Of a DNA stretch of 55,189 bases, positions 8,900 through 18,511 are shown in pieces. The stretch comes from a virus (Duplodnaviria; Caudoviricetes): positions 1 to 55,189 of the IMG/VR virus record IMGVR_UViG_3300025066_002456; one strand, given 5' to 3'. The position numbers and the translations under genes were made by a program. Every line of letters begins with the position of its first letter. Within the stretch, counting starts at the first letter, position 1. The notes beneath the pieces were generated by a model. The model did not search any database, was not told the origin of the DNA, and saw only the letters and a list, made by a program, of their open reading frames with translations.

Positions 8900-11800
8900 C
8901 TAAATTAATGATCCTGTTATCCATCTATATTGCTTGTCTGTTCTTGGAATCATATGAGAAACAAAGCCGTTATCATAGTACGATGCTGTAACGGCTGTCA
9001 TAGAAGCGATATCCACATCTGAATCAGTAAGTTCTAATCTTTCAATATTATTTCTATGAATTTTATGCTTTGATGCATCGCCAGACAGGGTATAGTCTGC
9101 AGCTTGAATAGTTCCTATAACTTCTGATCCATATACTCTAGCTGTTGTTGCGTCGTGCGTACTAACACCAAATTTACCGCAATGAGCTTGTAGCTGTGTA
9201 TTATATACTTGTCGCATTGACATGTTTCTGAATGTCATTGCATTATACGCAGAATATGTTTCATGCGCGGGGTCCAAGAATCCACGAGATACAGTTTCAT
9301 AACCGCCATGGGAAGTGAATCTAGACATTATTCTCGATCTATTTTTAACAGTTCCTGAAATATATGATCGATTTGGGAGGGTATAGTCAACATATGTGCC
9401 AGAAATAAACGACGTTGAACGGACAGTTCCAGGTGTTTGTTTTAGCAGGTCTTCTATCTTCGCGATAACCACTCTTTCTGATGATGTTACAGCAATTTGA
9501 CTGGTATTCTTAACAAAAAATGGATCATTAGACTCTGGACTGATGGTATTAACATATTCGTACCTATTAAGGAAATTTCCTGCTACTGTAGAGGTATTTG
9601 AAGCGTTTCCTGTCATGTGAATATTACGAATATTTACGGGACGCTTTGCGTATTCTTGACGAGTGTGTATTGCGCTTGGTCTGTGGTGATTGTCATGAGT
9701 TGGACTAAATAATTTAAAGGAATCCTGTTTTGTTCCTGATCCCTTGTACATAATAACATTATCAATCGCAATGTCGCCTTGTTGTGTGATGCCGGCAGTA
9801 TAGAAAAATCTTATATAAAATCTTTTTCCAAGCCAATTGGCTAGCCCATTGCCATAAGTCGTGCTGGCTATATAGGCCTCCGAAAAAGTGTCAGAGCCGT
9901 TGGTGTGTTGCTGCCCAGAAAGAACAGTACTTTGGCCGCCGGAGGTGGACGCGTTCCAGTCAACCAACAGGTCCTCCACGCCTCTAGAAAAGTTTTTGTA
10001 TCTACAGGCTTGTACTTTTAAACTCCCTATATGAAGTCCATACATTAAATAACTGAAGGAAAGGGTCACGTTAGAGCCTGAATCAACTTCAGTTAAATCT
10101 ATTAATGGAGTTACTATTCCGAATGTCTGTCCCACTTTAGAAGGCAATACCTCACAATACATGTATTTGCCAGAATTAGGGCCTGTACCTGCTGTAGCGG
10201 TCTGGCCACTTAGGAACGACCACTCATTATCTGCATTGACGCCATTTCTCCAATATTCATGCGGGCTTGGTTCTGTTTTTTTATCATCAAGAAGTCCGGT
10301 TGCGCTGGTGGGAGGCGCAGAGGTTCCCCAGGAGCCCATTGGGAGGTTTAGTACTTTGGTGTCTGTAGAAGGAGATGTTGTTGCCCGCCCAAAACCCTCA
10401 TATAATATATATTCTATCGACCCTAAATTCAAAAACTCTTGTAAATGCCAGCCTTCTGGTCTCGTTAACGGGACATCAGGCCCCTCATTGAGGTCTATGT
10501 GTCTATGTTGCATCCCCCCAACGTACTTTTCAGCAAACGGCCCTTGCATTGGTATTTCTGCATCGAATCCATACTTGTCATCATGCATGTTGGTGAAATC
10601 AATTTTAAATTGATCAGCATATAAGCCTTGATAACCAGTATCAATTGAAGAAGAATATATACCAAATGGTAATAACAAATCTGCCTTCCCATCTGTTGAA
10701 AGCTGATCATTGATACCAGTCGCTGACCCATCAGAAGATGTAATTTGGTGGGCCGGCATGGTCAGGACTGTCATTTTAACGCGCTTCTTATTTGTTTCAT
10801 CAGGAACAAACTTGTCATCACAGTCTTTCTTGGCTAATTCGTTGTCCATGTCTATAAAAATAAAGTCATCGTCACTGGCCCATTTCGTTACATTTTTATA
10901 AAAATCATGTTTTTGTTTGCGATGAGGATTAGACCCTCCTTTTAGTTTGAGAGTACGATTGGTTTCTAAGTCTATTACTCTCCTCAGGCTTCTGTTGGGG
11001 TAGTAGCTTTCTTGATATGCAGTACCATTGTCCATTAGTTTTGCGGTAGCACCAGAAATTTCTGTAACTATGGTCTTCAAAATAACTGATTTATTTGAGT
11101 CAATATTTGTATCGCCAGAAGTCAGAACGTCGTCGCGGTCGGCTCTTTCTTTCCACCATAAACAATTCGTATTCTGATTGGTGTTTTGATCTGCACCTAC
11201 TGGCGCATGGCCAACACGCCAATTATATTTCAGCTCTTCAATAGCGTGCATAGTGCCAACAGGTTCTGGAATGTTAACTTCCATTGTAGGAAACTTATTC
11301 CAATATTTATTTCTTTCCAAAATATGACTTTCGACCATATTTCTTAATAATTCTACTGTATTAGAAGAAACAGGTATAAGCTGTCCTATCATGATTGTTA
11401 TTGCATCATCAATCCACTTAAAATATTCAATGAATTTTTCTAAATCAGGCTCATTTTCAACTCTTTCAAAGAATAATTCCCTAAGCTTCTCCATTCTTTT
11501 ATAGTGAGGCCTATATCTGTTTAAGGGCTCACCGACCATGTTGTTGAAGTTCACAACAGTAGCAAAAAATCTTAACATTTCCTCAGACATAATCTGATAC
11601 ATACTTTTTTCTACTGACAATAAATGCTGTACATATGTTGTATCTCTGGTAAAGACAAGATCATCCTGCTTATTGAGGATTTTTACCATATCATCGCTGT
11701 TAGCGACTTCCGGAAGCTTTTGCTTGGCTGTCTGCACATATTCTACGTCAACAGCCTGGTCTCTATAGCCAGAGGCAGAAACGAAATCATATCCTGTAGC

Positions 11801-14734
11801 AGGATAATTACGCTTACTTATGTTACTGAACCATCCATATCTCTCATTAGCAACGTCTGTTGCCGAGCCGGATGTATAATCCGGTATCATAAATTGTCCA
11901 CTAGCATCTGAGCCAGTTACATTGTCCAGGCCCCAATGAAAGAGCAATGTATCAATTTGTGGTATAAATTTATCAAATAATTGCTTATTACTAACAGTCA
12001 AATTAGAAGATTTATATGGATTCAAAACTCCGTAACTATTAGCATTTTTAGCATGAGCGCGGATGGTCTCGTTATCTAAATAATCGTACCACATTCTAGT
12101 GGAAGAGACTTTTACATCAGAATATGCTATAGTGCTGCCGGTAAAATTATTTCTGGCTGCACCCATAAACACTCTTTTATTTTTAGTAAAATATTTAGAT
12201 GCATCGGTCAAACTCATGGTACCAGATATAGTAAATTCATTTTGTAAAATATTAGAAACGTAATTAACACCATAAAACTCATAAGTATATGCCGAACCAG
12301 AACTTAGAAGGCTGCCACTAATTAAGTTTGCCAAGGGGGATTTTGTAGGCCGGAGCCTAAATGCTAAATTCCACTTTTCGTTGTCGTATACTCTATTATA
12401 CGTGTCAGTAGAAAAGGCATCTGATATAATATTGCTTGACCCCGAAGTAATTATACCAAATTTAACACTTCTTTTATCATTATCAGGTCTGGTGGCGACA
12501 ATATTAAAATTAATTTTATCATCCGGATCACAAGTTAAATCCGTATTAGATGCTACTACAGCATGCAGACCGATTATAGAAGAAGTTGAATAAGGTAAAA
12601 TATTAAAATGTTTATCGCCTAGTTCCTTTTTTGGAAAAATAACTTCTGTTTCTAGCGTTAAAGAAGACCCAGACATAGAAGCAGATGGGATCCCAGGCAC
12701 ATAAGATATAGAATTTGAATCTGCAGATGCGGTCTGAAAGGCAGTTGCAGTAAAAGAGTTTGCATAACCGCCATTTGCGCCATATCTTGTCTCTGAATCA
12801 TCAAAGTCTAAATATTTTTTACGTACAGCTATGTTGGTATGATTATTTTTAAATTCATATGTGTCGTCGTTGGTATAAATATTTAATTTAATTAATTCTT
12901 CATCTACACCAAAACATCTCAAAAAATTACGTAATGACTTGAAAGTCCCTTTGGATTTTTGTATATAAGATAAATTATTGTATATGTTATGATATATTAT
13001 GTTTTTTACTTCATATAATTTTCTTTCAAACAGCTGTTTCTCATCCCTCTCAAGATATTTAGCTAGAGCAGAAGCATGGGCAAAAAGCTCCGGAGGGTCA
13101 AACCCCCTAGTGGTGAGAAGTCTTTCTGCAAATGGTAATGTTTTTTCATATTTTTTGTCTTCTGGGTAATTTATATCTTTTAAACGAGGCAATTCTTGTA
13201 TTTGCAGATATAAATCGTCAAAATAGCTAGCAATTATTTGAGTCAAGTATTTTAACTCATTAGATTCTTTTTCATCTTCTTCCATAATCCACCCTGGCAA
13301 AGAGCGGTATAATGAAACTGAATTTTCATGATCGTGGAAAGAGCCACTTAGTTTTTTACTAGTATATAAAGAAGAGACTTCAGGATGAGAGGAATAAATA
13401 ATTGGATCTTTAAATTCTTTTGTTGCAGCTTGCGATATAACAATAGCGGACCCGGTGTTTCGTGATTCTGAAGAATTATAATTTACAAAAGTTCCGTTAG
13501 ATATCCTACCAGAATAATCTAATATTGTGGCATCAGTCGTAGAGTTTCCAGTTATGCCCTCATTAAATTTATAGTAGACACCAAGGTCAACAAAGTTTGA
13601 TACATCATCATATTTTACATTATCAGTATTTGTACCTCCGCCTATTTGATCTCGCCAGTATCTGCCTATCTGTTGACCGTCTCTTTCTGTTTTCCAATAT
13701 CTGAATTCATCGAAAGAGGCAGAAACAATATTACCCCAACCTAAATCACCATATTGAGCGCTACCACGTTCGTCAGGTTGGCAAAGAGCACCAAGAGCTG
13801 CTATCATTGTTCCACCAATAGCATTGATTGTTTCATTATCTTCTTTTGTTGATTTGTGTACACCATCGACATATAGATTGGATACTGTACTAGTTCCTTG
13901 TGTTTTGGCTGTAAAGGCGTAATGGTGCCAGGTGCTATCAGCTATAAGTGTTGCAGATCCAACATTGTGTGTAAAAAGTAACTGAGTTGAGCCGGAAAGA
14001 ATTTCAAAATCGACGTTTTGAGGATTGCTGCTTCCTCTGGACGATATTCTTAATTGCTGGCCATATGCTTCTCCAGTCGAGCCAGACTTTGCTAAGTGAA
14101 AAAAGTTTTCTGTTTTGGTTGTGTCTGTTGATGCCCAGCCGTCTTTTTTCATCCAAAATTCTATAGTGACACCCTTGTCTAGATCAAGCTCTAAATTGTT
14201 TGTTCTTTGGCTACCTGTGTGATATATATTAGCTTTTGATATACCACTTTTTGATGGGCCGGCAGAAAAATCACTCTTGTAGTCACCGCCTGGATCCGCG
14301 TGAGGGCCACCTTTTATAAAAATATATTGCGGGGCGCTACTGCTATAAATATTAAGTTCTTGTGTGCTAGTATATGTGTTGGAGCCACTATTAAAAGTTA
14401 CAAATCCGTTAGTTCTTGGATATTCGTTTTCAAATATGAAAAGGTCTAAATAGGTACTTTCATTTTCCCATTCAATTTTCTCTGCTTGCGAGCCATCATA
14501 AGGATATGTTTGATAAATACGTTTAATCGCAGTATCATAGTATTCTTCAGCTAAACCGAAGCGGGCAAAATTAGAAGCGGTGCCTAAATCTATATCAGGT
14601 ACAAATCGATCGCGTTTATTCGAATAAGAATCAATATATCTAAATGATTCTACCTCTTCTCTAAGAGTATCCCGTGTATGATTCTTTAGAAGCTTCGTAG
14701 AATAACCTTTGTTAAACAGATCTTTAATACCCAT
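8900..14734 (-). CDS. Baseplate wedge/receptor-binding protein (1944 aa) with LamG domains, a P2 gpI/T4 gp7-like segment and a MAM domain
   Basis: LamG motifs VTIEFWMKK, WHHYAFT, LYVDG, FDEFRYW, plus a second LamG-like KWNLAFRL...TRMW; gpI-like IQKSKGTFKSLRNFLRCFG; MAM motifs TGPNSGKYMYCE, LSFSYLMYGLHIGSLKV, GDIAIDNV. Confidence 0.75.
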   Translation of the reverse strand: MGIKDLFNKGYSTKLLKNHTRDTLREEVESFRYIDSYSNKRDRFVPDIDLGTASNFARFGLAEEYYDTAIKRIYQTYPYDGSQAEKIEWENESTYLDLFIFENEYPRTNGFVTFNSGSNTYTSTQELNIYSSSAPQYIFIKGGPHADPGGDYKSDFSAGPSKSGISKANIYHTGSQRTNNLELDLDKGVTIEFWMKKDGWASTDTTKTENFFHLAKSGSTGEAYGQQLRISSRGSSNPQNVDFEILSGSTQLLFTHNVGSATLIADSTWHHYAFTAKTQGTSTVSNLYVDGVHKSTKEDNETINAIGGTMIAALGALCQPDERGSAQYGDLGWGNIVSASFDEFRYWKTERDGQQIGRYWRDQIGGGTNTDNVKYDDVSNFVDLGVYYKFNEGITGNSTTDATILDYSGRISNGTFVNYNSSESRNTGSAIVISQAATKEFKDPIIYSSHPEVSSLYTSKKLSGSFHDHENSVSLYRSLPGWIMEEDEKESNELKYLTQIIASYFDDLYLQIQELPRLKDINYPEDKKYEKTLPFAERLLTTRGFDPPELFAHASALAKYLERDEKQLFERKLYEVKNIIYHNIYNNLSYIQKSKGTFKSLRNFLRCFGVDEELIKLNIYTNDDTYEFKNNHTNIAVRKKYLDFDDSETRYGANGGYANSFTATAFQTASADSNSISYVPGIPSASMSGSSLTLETEVIFPKKELGDKHFNILPYSTSSIIGLHAVVASNTDLTCDPDDKINFNIVATRPDNDKRSVKFGIITSGSSNIISDAFSTDTYNRVYDNEKWNLAFRLRPTKSPLANLISGSLLSSGSAYTYEFYGVNYVSNILQNEFTISGTMSLTDASKYFTKNKRVFMGAARNNFTGSTIAYSDVKVSSTRMWYDYLDNETIRAHAKNANSYGVLNPYKSSNLTVSNKQLFDKFIPQIDTLLFHWGLDNVTGSDASGQFMIPDYTSGSATDVANERYGWFSNISKRNYPATGYDFVSASGYRDQAVDVEYVQTAKQKLPEVANSDDMVKILNKQDDLVFTRDTTYVQHLLSVEKSMYQIMSEEMLRFFATVVNFNNMVGEPLNRYRPHYKRMEKLRELFFERVENEPDLEKFIEYFKWIDDAITIMIGQLIPVSSNTVELLRNMVESHILERNKYWNKFPTMEVNIPEPVGTMHAIEELKYNWRVGHAPVGADQNTNQNTNCLWWKERADRDDVLTSGDTNIDSNKSVILKTIVTEISGATAKLMDNGTAYQESYYPNRSLRRVIDLETNRTLKLKGGSNPHRKQKHDFYKNVTKWASDDDFIFIDMDNELAKKDCDDKFVPDETNKKRVKMTVLTMPAHQITSSDGSATGINDQLSTDGKADLLLPFGIYSSSIDTGYQGLYADQFKIDFTNMHDDKYGFDAEIPMQGPFAEKYVGGMQHRHIDLNEGPDVPLTRPEGWHLQEFLNLGSIEYILYEGFGRATTSPSTDTKVLNLPMGSWGTSAPPTSATGLLDDKKTEPSPHEYWRNGVNADNEWSFLSGQTATAGTGPNSGKYMYCEVLPSKVGQTFGIVTPLIDLTEVDSGSNVTLSFSYLMYGLHIGSLKVQACRYKNFSRGVEDLLVDWNASTSGGQSTVLSGQQHTNGSDTFSEAYIASTTYGNGLANWLGKRFYIRFFYTAGITQQGDIAIDNVIMYKGSGTKQDSFKLFSPTHDNHHRPSAIHTRQEYAKRPVNIRNIHMTGNASNTSTVAGNFLNRYEYVNTISPESNDPFFVKNTSQIAVTSSERVVIAKIEDLLKQTPGTVRSTSFISGTYVDYTLPNRSYISGTVKNRSRIMSRFTSHGGYETVSRGFLDPAHETYSAYNAMTFRNMSMRQVYNTQLQAHCGKFGVSTHDATTARVYGSEVIGTIQAADYTLSGDASKHKIHRNNIERLELTDSDVDIASMTAVTASYYDNGFVSHMIPRTDKQYRWITGSLI

Positions 14735-14755
14735 AAAAAATTCCCAACTATATTA

Positions 14756-16303
14756 TTAATTATTCTCGACTCTAAATTTATACACCTTCTTGGACTCCCT
14801 CCAATCATCTGAAGTATGAAAAGCAAACTTAATGCCGTACATGTAGCCAGGTTCTAGCAAAGACATATCTAAGTCGAAATAACTACCAGATACATCATAC
14901 GAAAGGAATGTATGGTAGTCTGAGCTTCCTGTAGAATTCTGTATAACAGTTCTTTCATCTACCATGCGCAGGACCTCGAACGAAGCGCTAGGAATAATAA
15001 CTCCTTGTAATTCAGAATTAGCAACATTATATATTGTTGGGCTAGTATTACGCTCTCTTATAAAGACCCTGAACCGCGGGTTTTCATCTTTAGTATATGC
15101 CGATTTTAAATTTGTTATTTTTGTTTCGTATTGGGGCGCCGAATTCCAGCCCGGAGATGTTAAAGATACTGGAGAAATCGAACCAGTAAAGTATTCATTG
15201 CCGATGCTTCCAGACCATACATCATATATTGTCTTTAAACTAGTTGATCCCGTAAAAGCAAAAGAAGCAGAATATATTCCAGTTGAAACATATCCGCCGG
15301 TCACGGTGAGATCACCATTGGCTGGTACACCTCCGCCGGCACTTAAAGCCAGTTTAGAGCCAGAAGGGGCGGTATTGTTGGCAGAGCCAGAATATATGCT
15401 CAAAAAAAGCTGGCCAGTGCCAACATCTGGTATGTTTCTTAACTGTCCTCTTACATAATTGTAAAGATAAACTGTATTTAAATTATCCTGCGCAGGCGCC
15501 AAAGAGCTGCTGTAATAAAAATTGCCTCTGTCGTCAGATTTTCTAGAATCCCAGCGCGCTTCAATCGCAGGCTTCTTGAAAAAATATTCACTTGACCTAG
15601 AGAAGAATCTTTTTGTATATGTGCTCTTTCTTGCACCATCTGTGTTTTGTGGTACGCCTGATTCAGCTGTTGCAACATATGCTTCGAAACTTGAAGTTAA
15701 ATGTATGCCAAATCCATAATTTTCTTGTGTCGACGCGATCCATTCTTCAACAGCAGATGTTACGTCAACAAGAAGATCTTCGTGCCCCTCATTAAAAGTA
15801 AAAGTATAATTAGGCATTGTCTCGTCGGCCACGTAAGACGAAGAGTGATATACACCGCCTTGGGCGCCCCAGCTAGCAACAGGATTTGAGTTTCTGTTAA
15901 CCCAATTAGAGCCCTCAATATTATCCTTTGTCTTATCAGTATAGCTCTCCATATCTAAACCATGGCCTTCTTGCCACGATTGAGACACAGCTAACACATT
16001 TACAGTAAAATTCTTAGGAAGCTGTTCTGAATGTCTAGCATTAAACATTCTTAAATAAAAGCTTACACTACCTGATGCAGGAATGGTACCAGCGAGTCTG
16101 TCAGAAGATATAGTACTTATGGGAAATTGTACCAATATACGAGATGATTCCGCAGATGAGGTTGTCTGTTGCCCATAAATTGAAAACGTCTCAAGTATAT
16201 CAGCGGCGCCCATATTTGAACCGGTGGCGCGGGTAGAGAGATCCACGCCATAAGCATTTGTAATAGTATTGTCCTTATTAGCAATATATTTTTTTATACC
16301 CAT
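14756..16303 (-). CDS. Virion protein with DNRLRE/CBM96-like N-terminal domain (515 aa)
   Basis: KDNTI...SNMGAADILE...SRILVQF...VSQSWQEG...W pattern; immediately downstream of the gp6-like gene. Confidence 0.6.
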   Translation of the reverse strand: MGIKKYIANKDNTITNAYGVDLSTRATGSNMGAADILETFSIYGQQTTSSAESSRILVQFPISTISSDRLAGTIPASGSVSFYLRMFNARHSEQLPKNFTVNVLAVSQSWQEGHGLDMESYTDKTKDNIEGSNWVNRNSNPVASWGAQGGVYHSSSYVADETMPNYTFTFNEGHEDLLVDVTSAVEEWIASTQENYGFGIHLTSSFEAYVATAESGVPQNTDGARKSTYTKRFFSRSSEYFFKKPAIEARWDSRKSDDRGNFYYSSSLAPAQDNLNTVYLYNYVRGQLRNIPDVGTGQLFLSIYSGSANNTAPSGSKLALSAGGGVPANGDLTVTGGYVSTGIYSASFAFTGSTSLKTIYDVWSGSIGNEYFTGSISPVSLTSPGWNSAPQYETKITNLKSAYTKDENPRFRVFIRERNTSPTIYNVANSELQGVIIPSASFEVLRMVDERTVIQNSTGSSDYHTFLSYDVSGSYFDLDMSLLEPGYMYGIKFAFHTSDDWRESKKVYKFRVENN

Positions 16304-18099
16304 TATTTAATAGTTCCTTTAATATCAGTATTTGGATATTTTAACTCGTAAATAACATTTTGAGGCGCGTATAAAATCCTTCCGTCACTGGAGATCCAAT
16401 CTTTAATATTTAAAGTTTCATCAGAATATAGGCCACCACTTTTATTTGTTATTTTAACGCTTGCTATATCGACTATTTCTTCTGTGTTATTCAGAATGTC
16501 ATATATTTTAGTAATATATATCGGTTGATTGATGTCCATCTGTTCTCTAAACATTTTTTGCACTTCTGTTATTGCAATATTTAGGGCCTCAAATTTATCT
16601 TGTGAATAATCTACTACAGCAACAAAATCAATATGAATATTAATAATTCTTGGATCTAAGATATCTATCGTATCATTAATCATTTTATATTGATTTATCC
16701 ACGTCTTAACGTTGTTTTTTAACACCTGATTACTATTAATCACATGGCCATTAGAGTTTTCCGACAATAAATAAAGATTTAAATTACGTTTAAAAGAATC
16801 ATGATCGCGATAAATCTTTGCTCTCTTAATCTTACCAAATTTTGATGGCATTCGATAAACTAAGGCTTCGTAGTCGTCTGCAGTTACCGCACGATTTTGC
16901 GTAGAAAAAGTATCGTTAATTCTTTGTTTTAATTCGCTGACAGTGGGCAAGCTAGTATCACCAATTATAGGTTCCTCGTTTACCACCTCTAAGCTGTCCC
17001 TAACAAAATCAATTCTAGAGCTTACTGTAGCATCCGATCCAAAAAGTAATATTGGATCTATAACGTTAGTCATAGTACGAGAAGCTAGATTGACATTCTC
17101 GCGCGAGTTGGTCCGGTATGTGACAGTTATAATGGTGTTCGCTGGAGCAATACCAAACTTATCTGATTCAACCAATTTTGAAGGGTCAAAAGAAGTGTCT
17201 TGCTCGTAGTCCTTGCCATGCATCTTAAGTATTACGTTTGAGGGGTGAGAAAGATTATCAATCTTTAAAGAAGACTCAGAACCATAACCAAATTTAATGT
17301 GAGCTGATCCATCCTTGTTTGTTACGACGAATCTTCTAGGAACTGAGGTTGTTACAATAATATCTGGTACATACTCACGCGTGAGGGGGTCTTTATTGAC
17401 AACACTTCTAAAAACAGTATCTTGAGAAAGATAATCTACTTCAAAATATTCATGGCCTTCAGTGTCAACAACAGAAACAATCTCAGAAATATTTGGATCT
17501 GCAAGCGTTAATGTTAAAAACCTAGAAAAAGAGCCTATAGTAAATTCTTCTTTCTCTTCTCTACCTGATATGACGCGTCCATAAGTTTTTACTGCATATG
17601 CTGTGGGTGCACCGTCACCAGTATTGGAGGTTGCTACTACAATTTCATTGTTAGGGTTGCCAAAATCAACATCTTCTATTAAAGTAAACACTTCTCCTCC
17701 GTCAGCAGAAAATTTAGTCCCATTGGCTAAAATTGGCAGATAGTCAGTATCGGGCCCTACTCCATTTGCGTCGACAGGCGCCAGTATATATAACGAAACC
17801 AATCCAAAAGAATTAGGACGCAAGGGTTGTTTATAACCAACTTGTTCTCCTAGTTTTAGAATGTTATTGTATTCGATCGCAGTATTTAAAAAAGACTCGT
17901 TAGTTTGATAGTCTAAGTAAAAAGATAAAATATCTCCTGCATATGCAACAGTATCTAACATCAATGAGCCAAAAGAAGCTTCAGAAAAATCTCTAAAAAC
18001 ATCCGGATAGTACCTCTTTGTGTATTGAACAAGAGAGTCTTTTATTGAGCTAAAATCTCTGTCTGTATATTTTATTAATTTTTTGTCTTTTTTAGTCAT
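16303..18099 (-). CDS. Baseplate wedge subunit, T4 gp6/baseplate J-like
   Basis: YTDRDFSSIKDSL, DFSEASFGSLMLDTVAYAGDILSFYLDYQTNESFL and QNRAVTADDY motifs; adjacent to gp25. Confidence 0.9.
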   Translation of the reverse strand: MTKKDKKLIKYTDRDFSSIKDSLVQYTKRYYPDVFRDFSEASFGSLMLDTVAYAGDILSFYLDYQTNESFLNTAIEYNNILKLGEQVGYKQPLRPNSFGLVSLYILAPVDANGVGPDTDYLPILANGTKFSADGGEVFTLIEDVDFGNPNNEIVVATSNTGDGAPTAYAVKTYGRVISGREEKEEFTIGSFSRFLTLTLADPNISEIVSVVDTEGHEYFEVDYLSQDTVFRSVVNKDPLTREYVPDIIVTTSVPRRFVVTNKDGSAHIKFGYGSESSLKIDNLSHPSNVILKMHGKDYEQDTSFDPSKLVESDKFGIAPANTIITVTYRTNSRENVNLASRTMTNVIDPILLFGSDATVSSRIDFVRDSLEVVNEEPIIGDTSLPTVSELKQRINDTFSTQNRAVTADDYEALVYRMPSKFGKIKRAKIYRDHDSFKRNLNLYLLSENSNGHVINSNQVLKNNVKTWINQYKMINDTIDILDPRIINIHIDFVAVVDYSQDKFEALNIAITEVQKMFREQMDINQPIYITKIYDILNNTEEIVDIASVKITNKSGGLYSDETLNIKDWISSDGRILYAPQNVIYELKYPNTDIKGTIK

Positions 18100-18102
18100 T
18101 GT

Positions 18103-18501
18103 CTAGTTGATATCCTCTCTCTCTAAAATAATAGAAGTATTTATGCCCATACTAGGAACATCGTATACTATTTTTATTGATAAAGTATGTGTTTCCTCTC
18201 GTAAAGCTGATTCCTCATTTCCAGAATTAAAATTAATCTGTTTTATCCTAATATAAGGCAGATATTTAGAAGTTTGATGTTCAATTCTTTGCCTGATTTG
18301 TGGTATTAAGGTATTTCTAGGTTCAAATAAAAATCTCCTAAGGCCCACACCAAAATCCGGGTTCATCATTCTTTCGCCAGGAGAAGTTAAAAGCAAATTT
18401 TTAAAATTTTGCTGAACCTCTTTTTTGTAAGAGGTTATAAGAGCGAATGCCCCGTGCTTAATATCTCTATGAAGTGGTAATTCTGGTCCTATTCCGTTCA
18501 C
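18103..18501 (-). CDS. Baseplate wedge gp25/GPW family protein
   Basis: NLLLTSPGERMMNPDFGVGLRRFLFEP signature; GTG start with GAGGG SD. Confidence 0.92.
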   Translation of the reverse strand: MNGIGPELPLHRDIKHGAFALITSYKKEVQQNFKNLLLTSPGERMMNPDFGVGLRRFLFEPRNTLIPQIRQRIEHQTSKYLPYIRIKQINFNSGNEESALREETHTLSIKIVYDVPSMGINTSIILEREDIN

Positions 18502-18511
18502 TTTCTACCCT

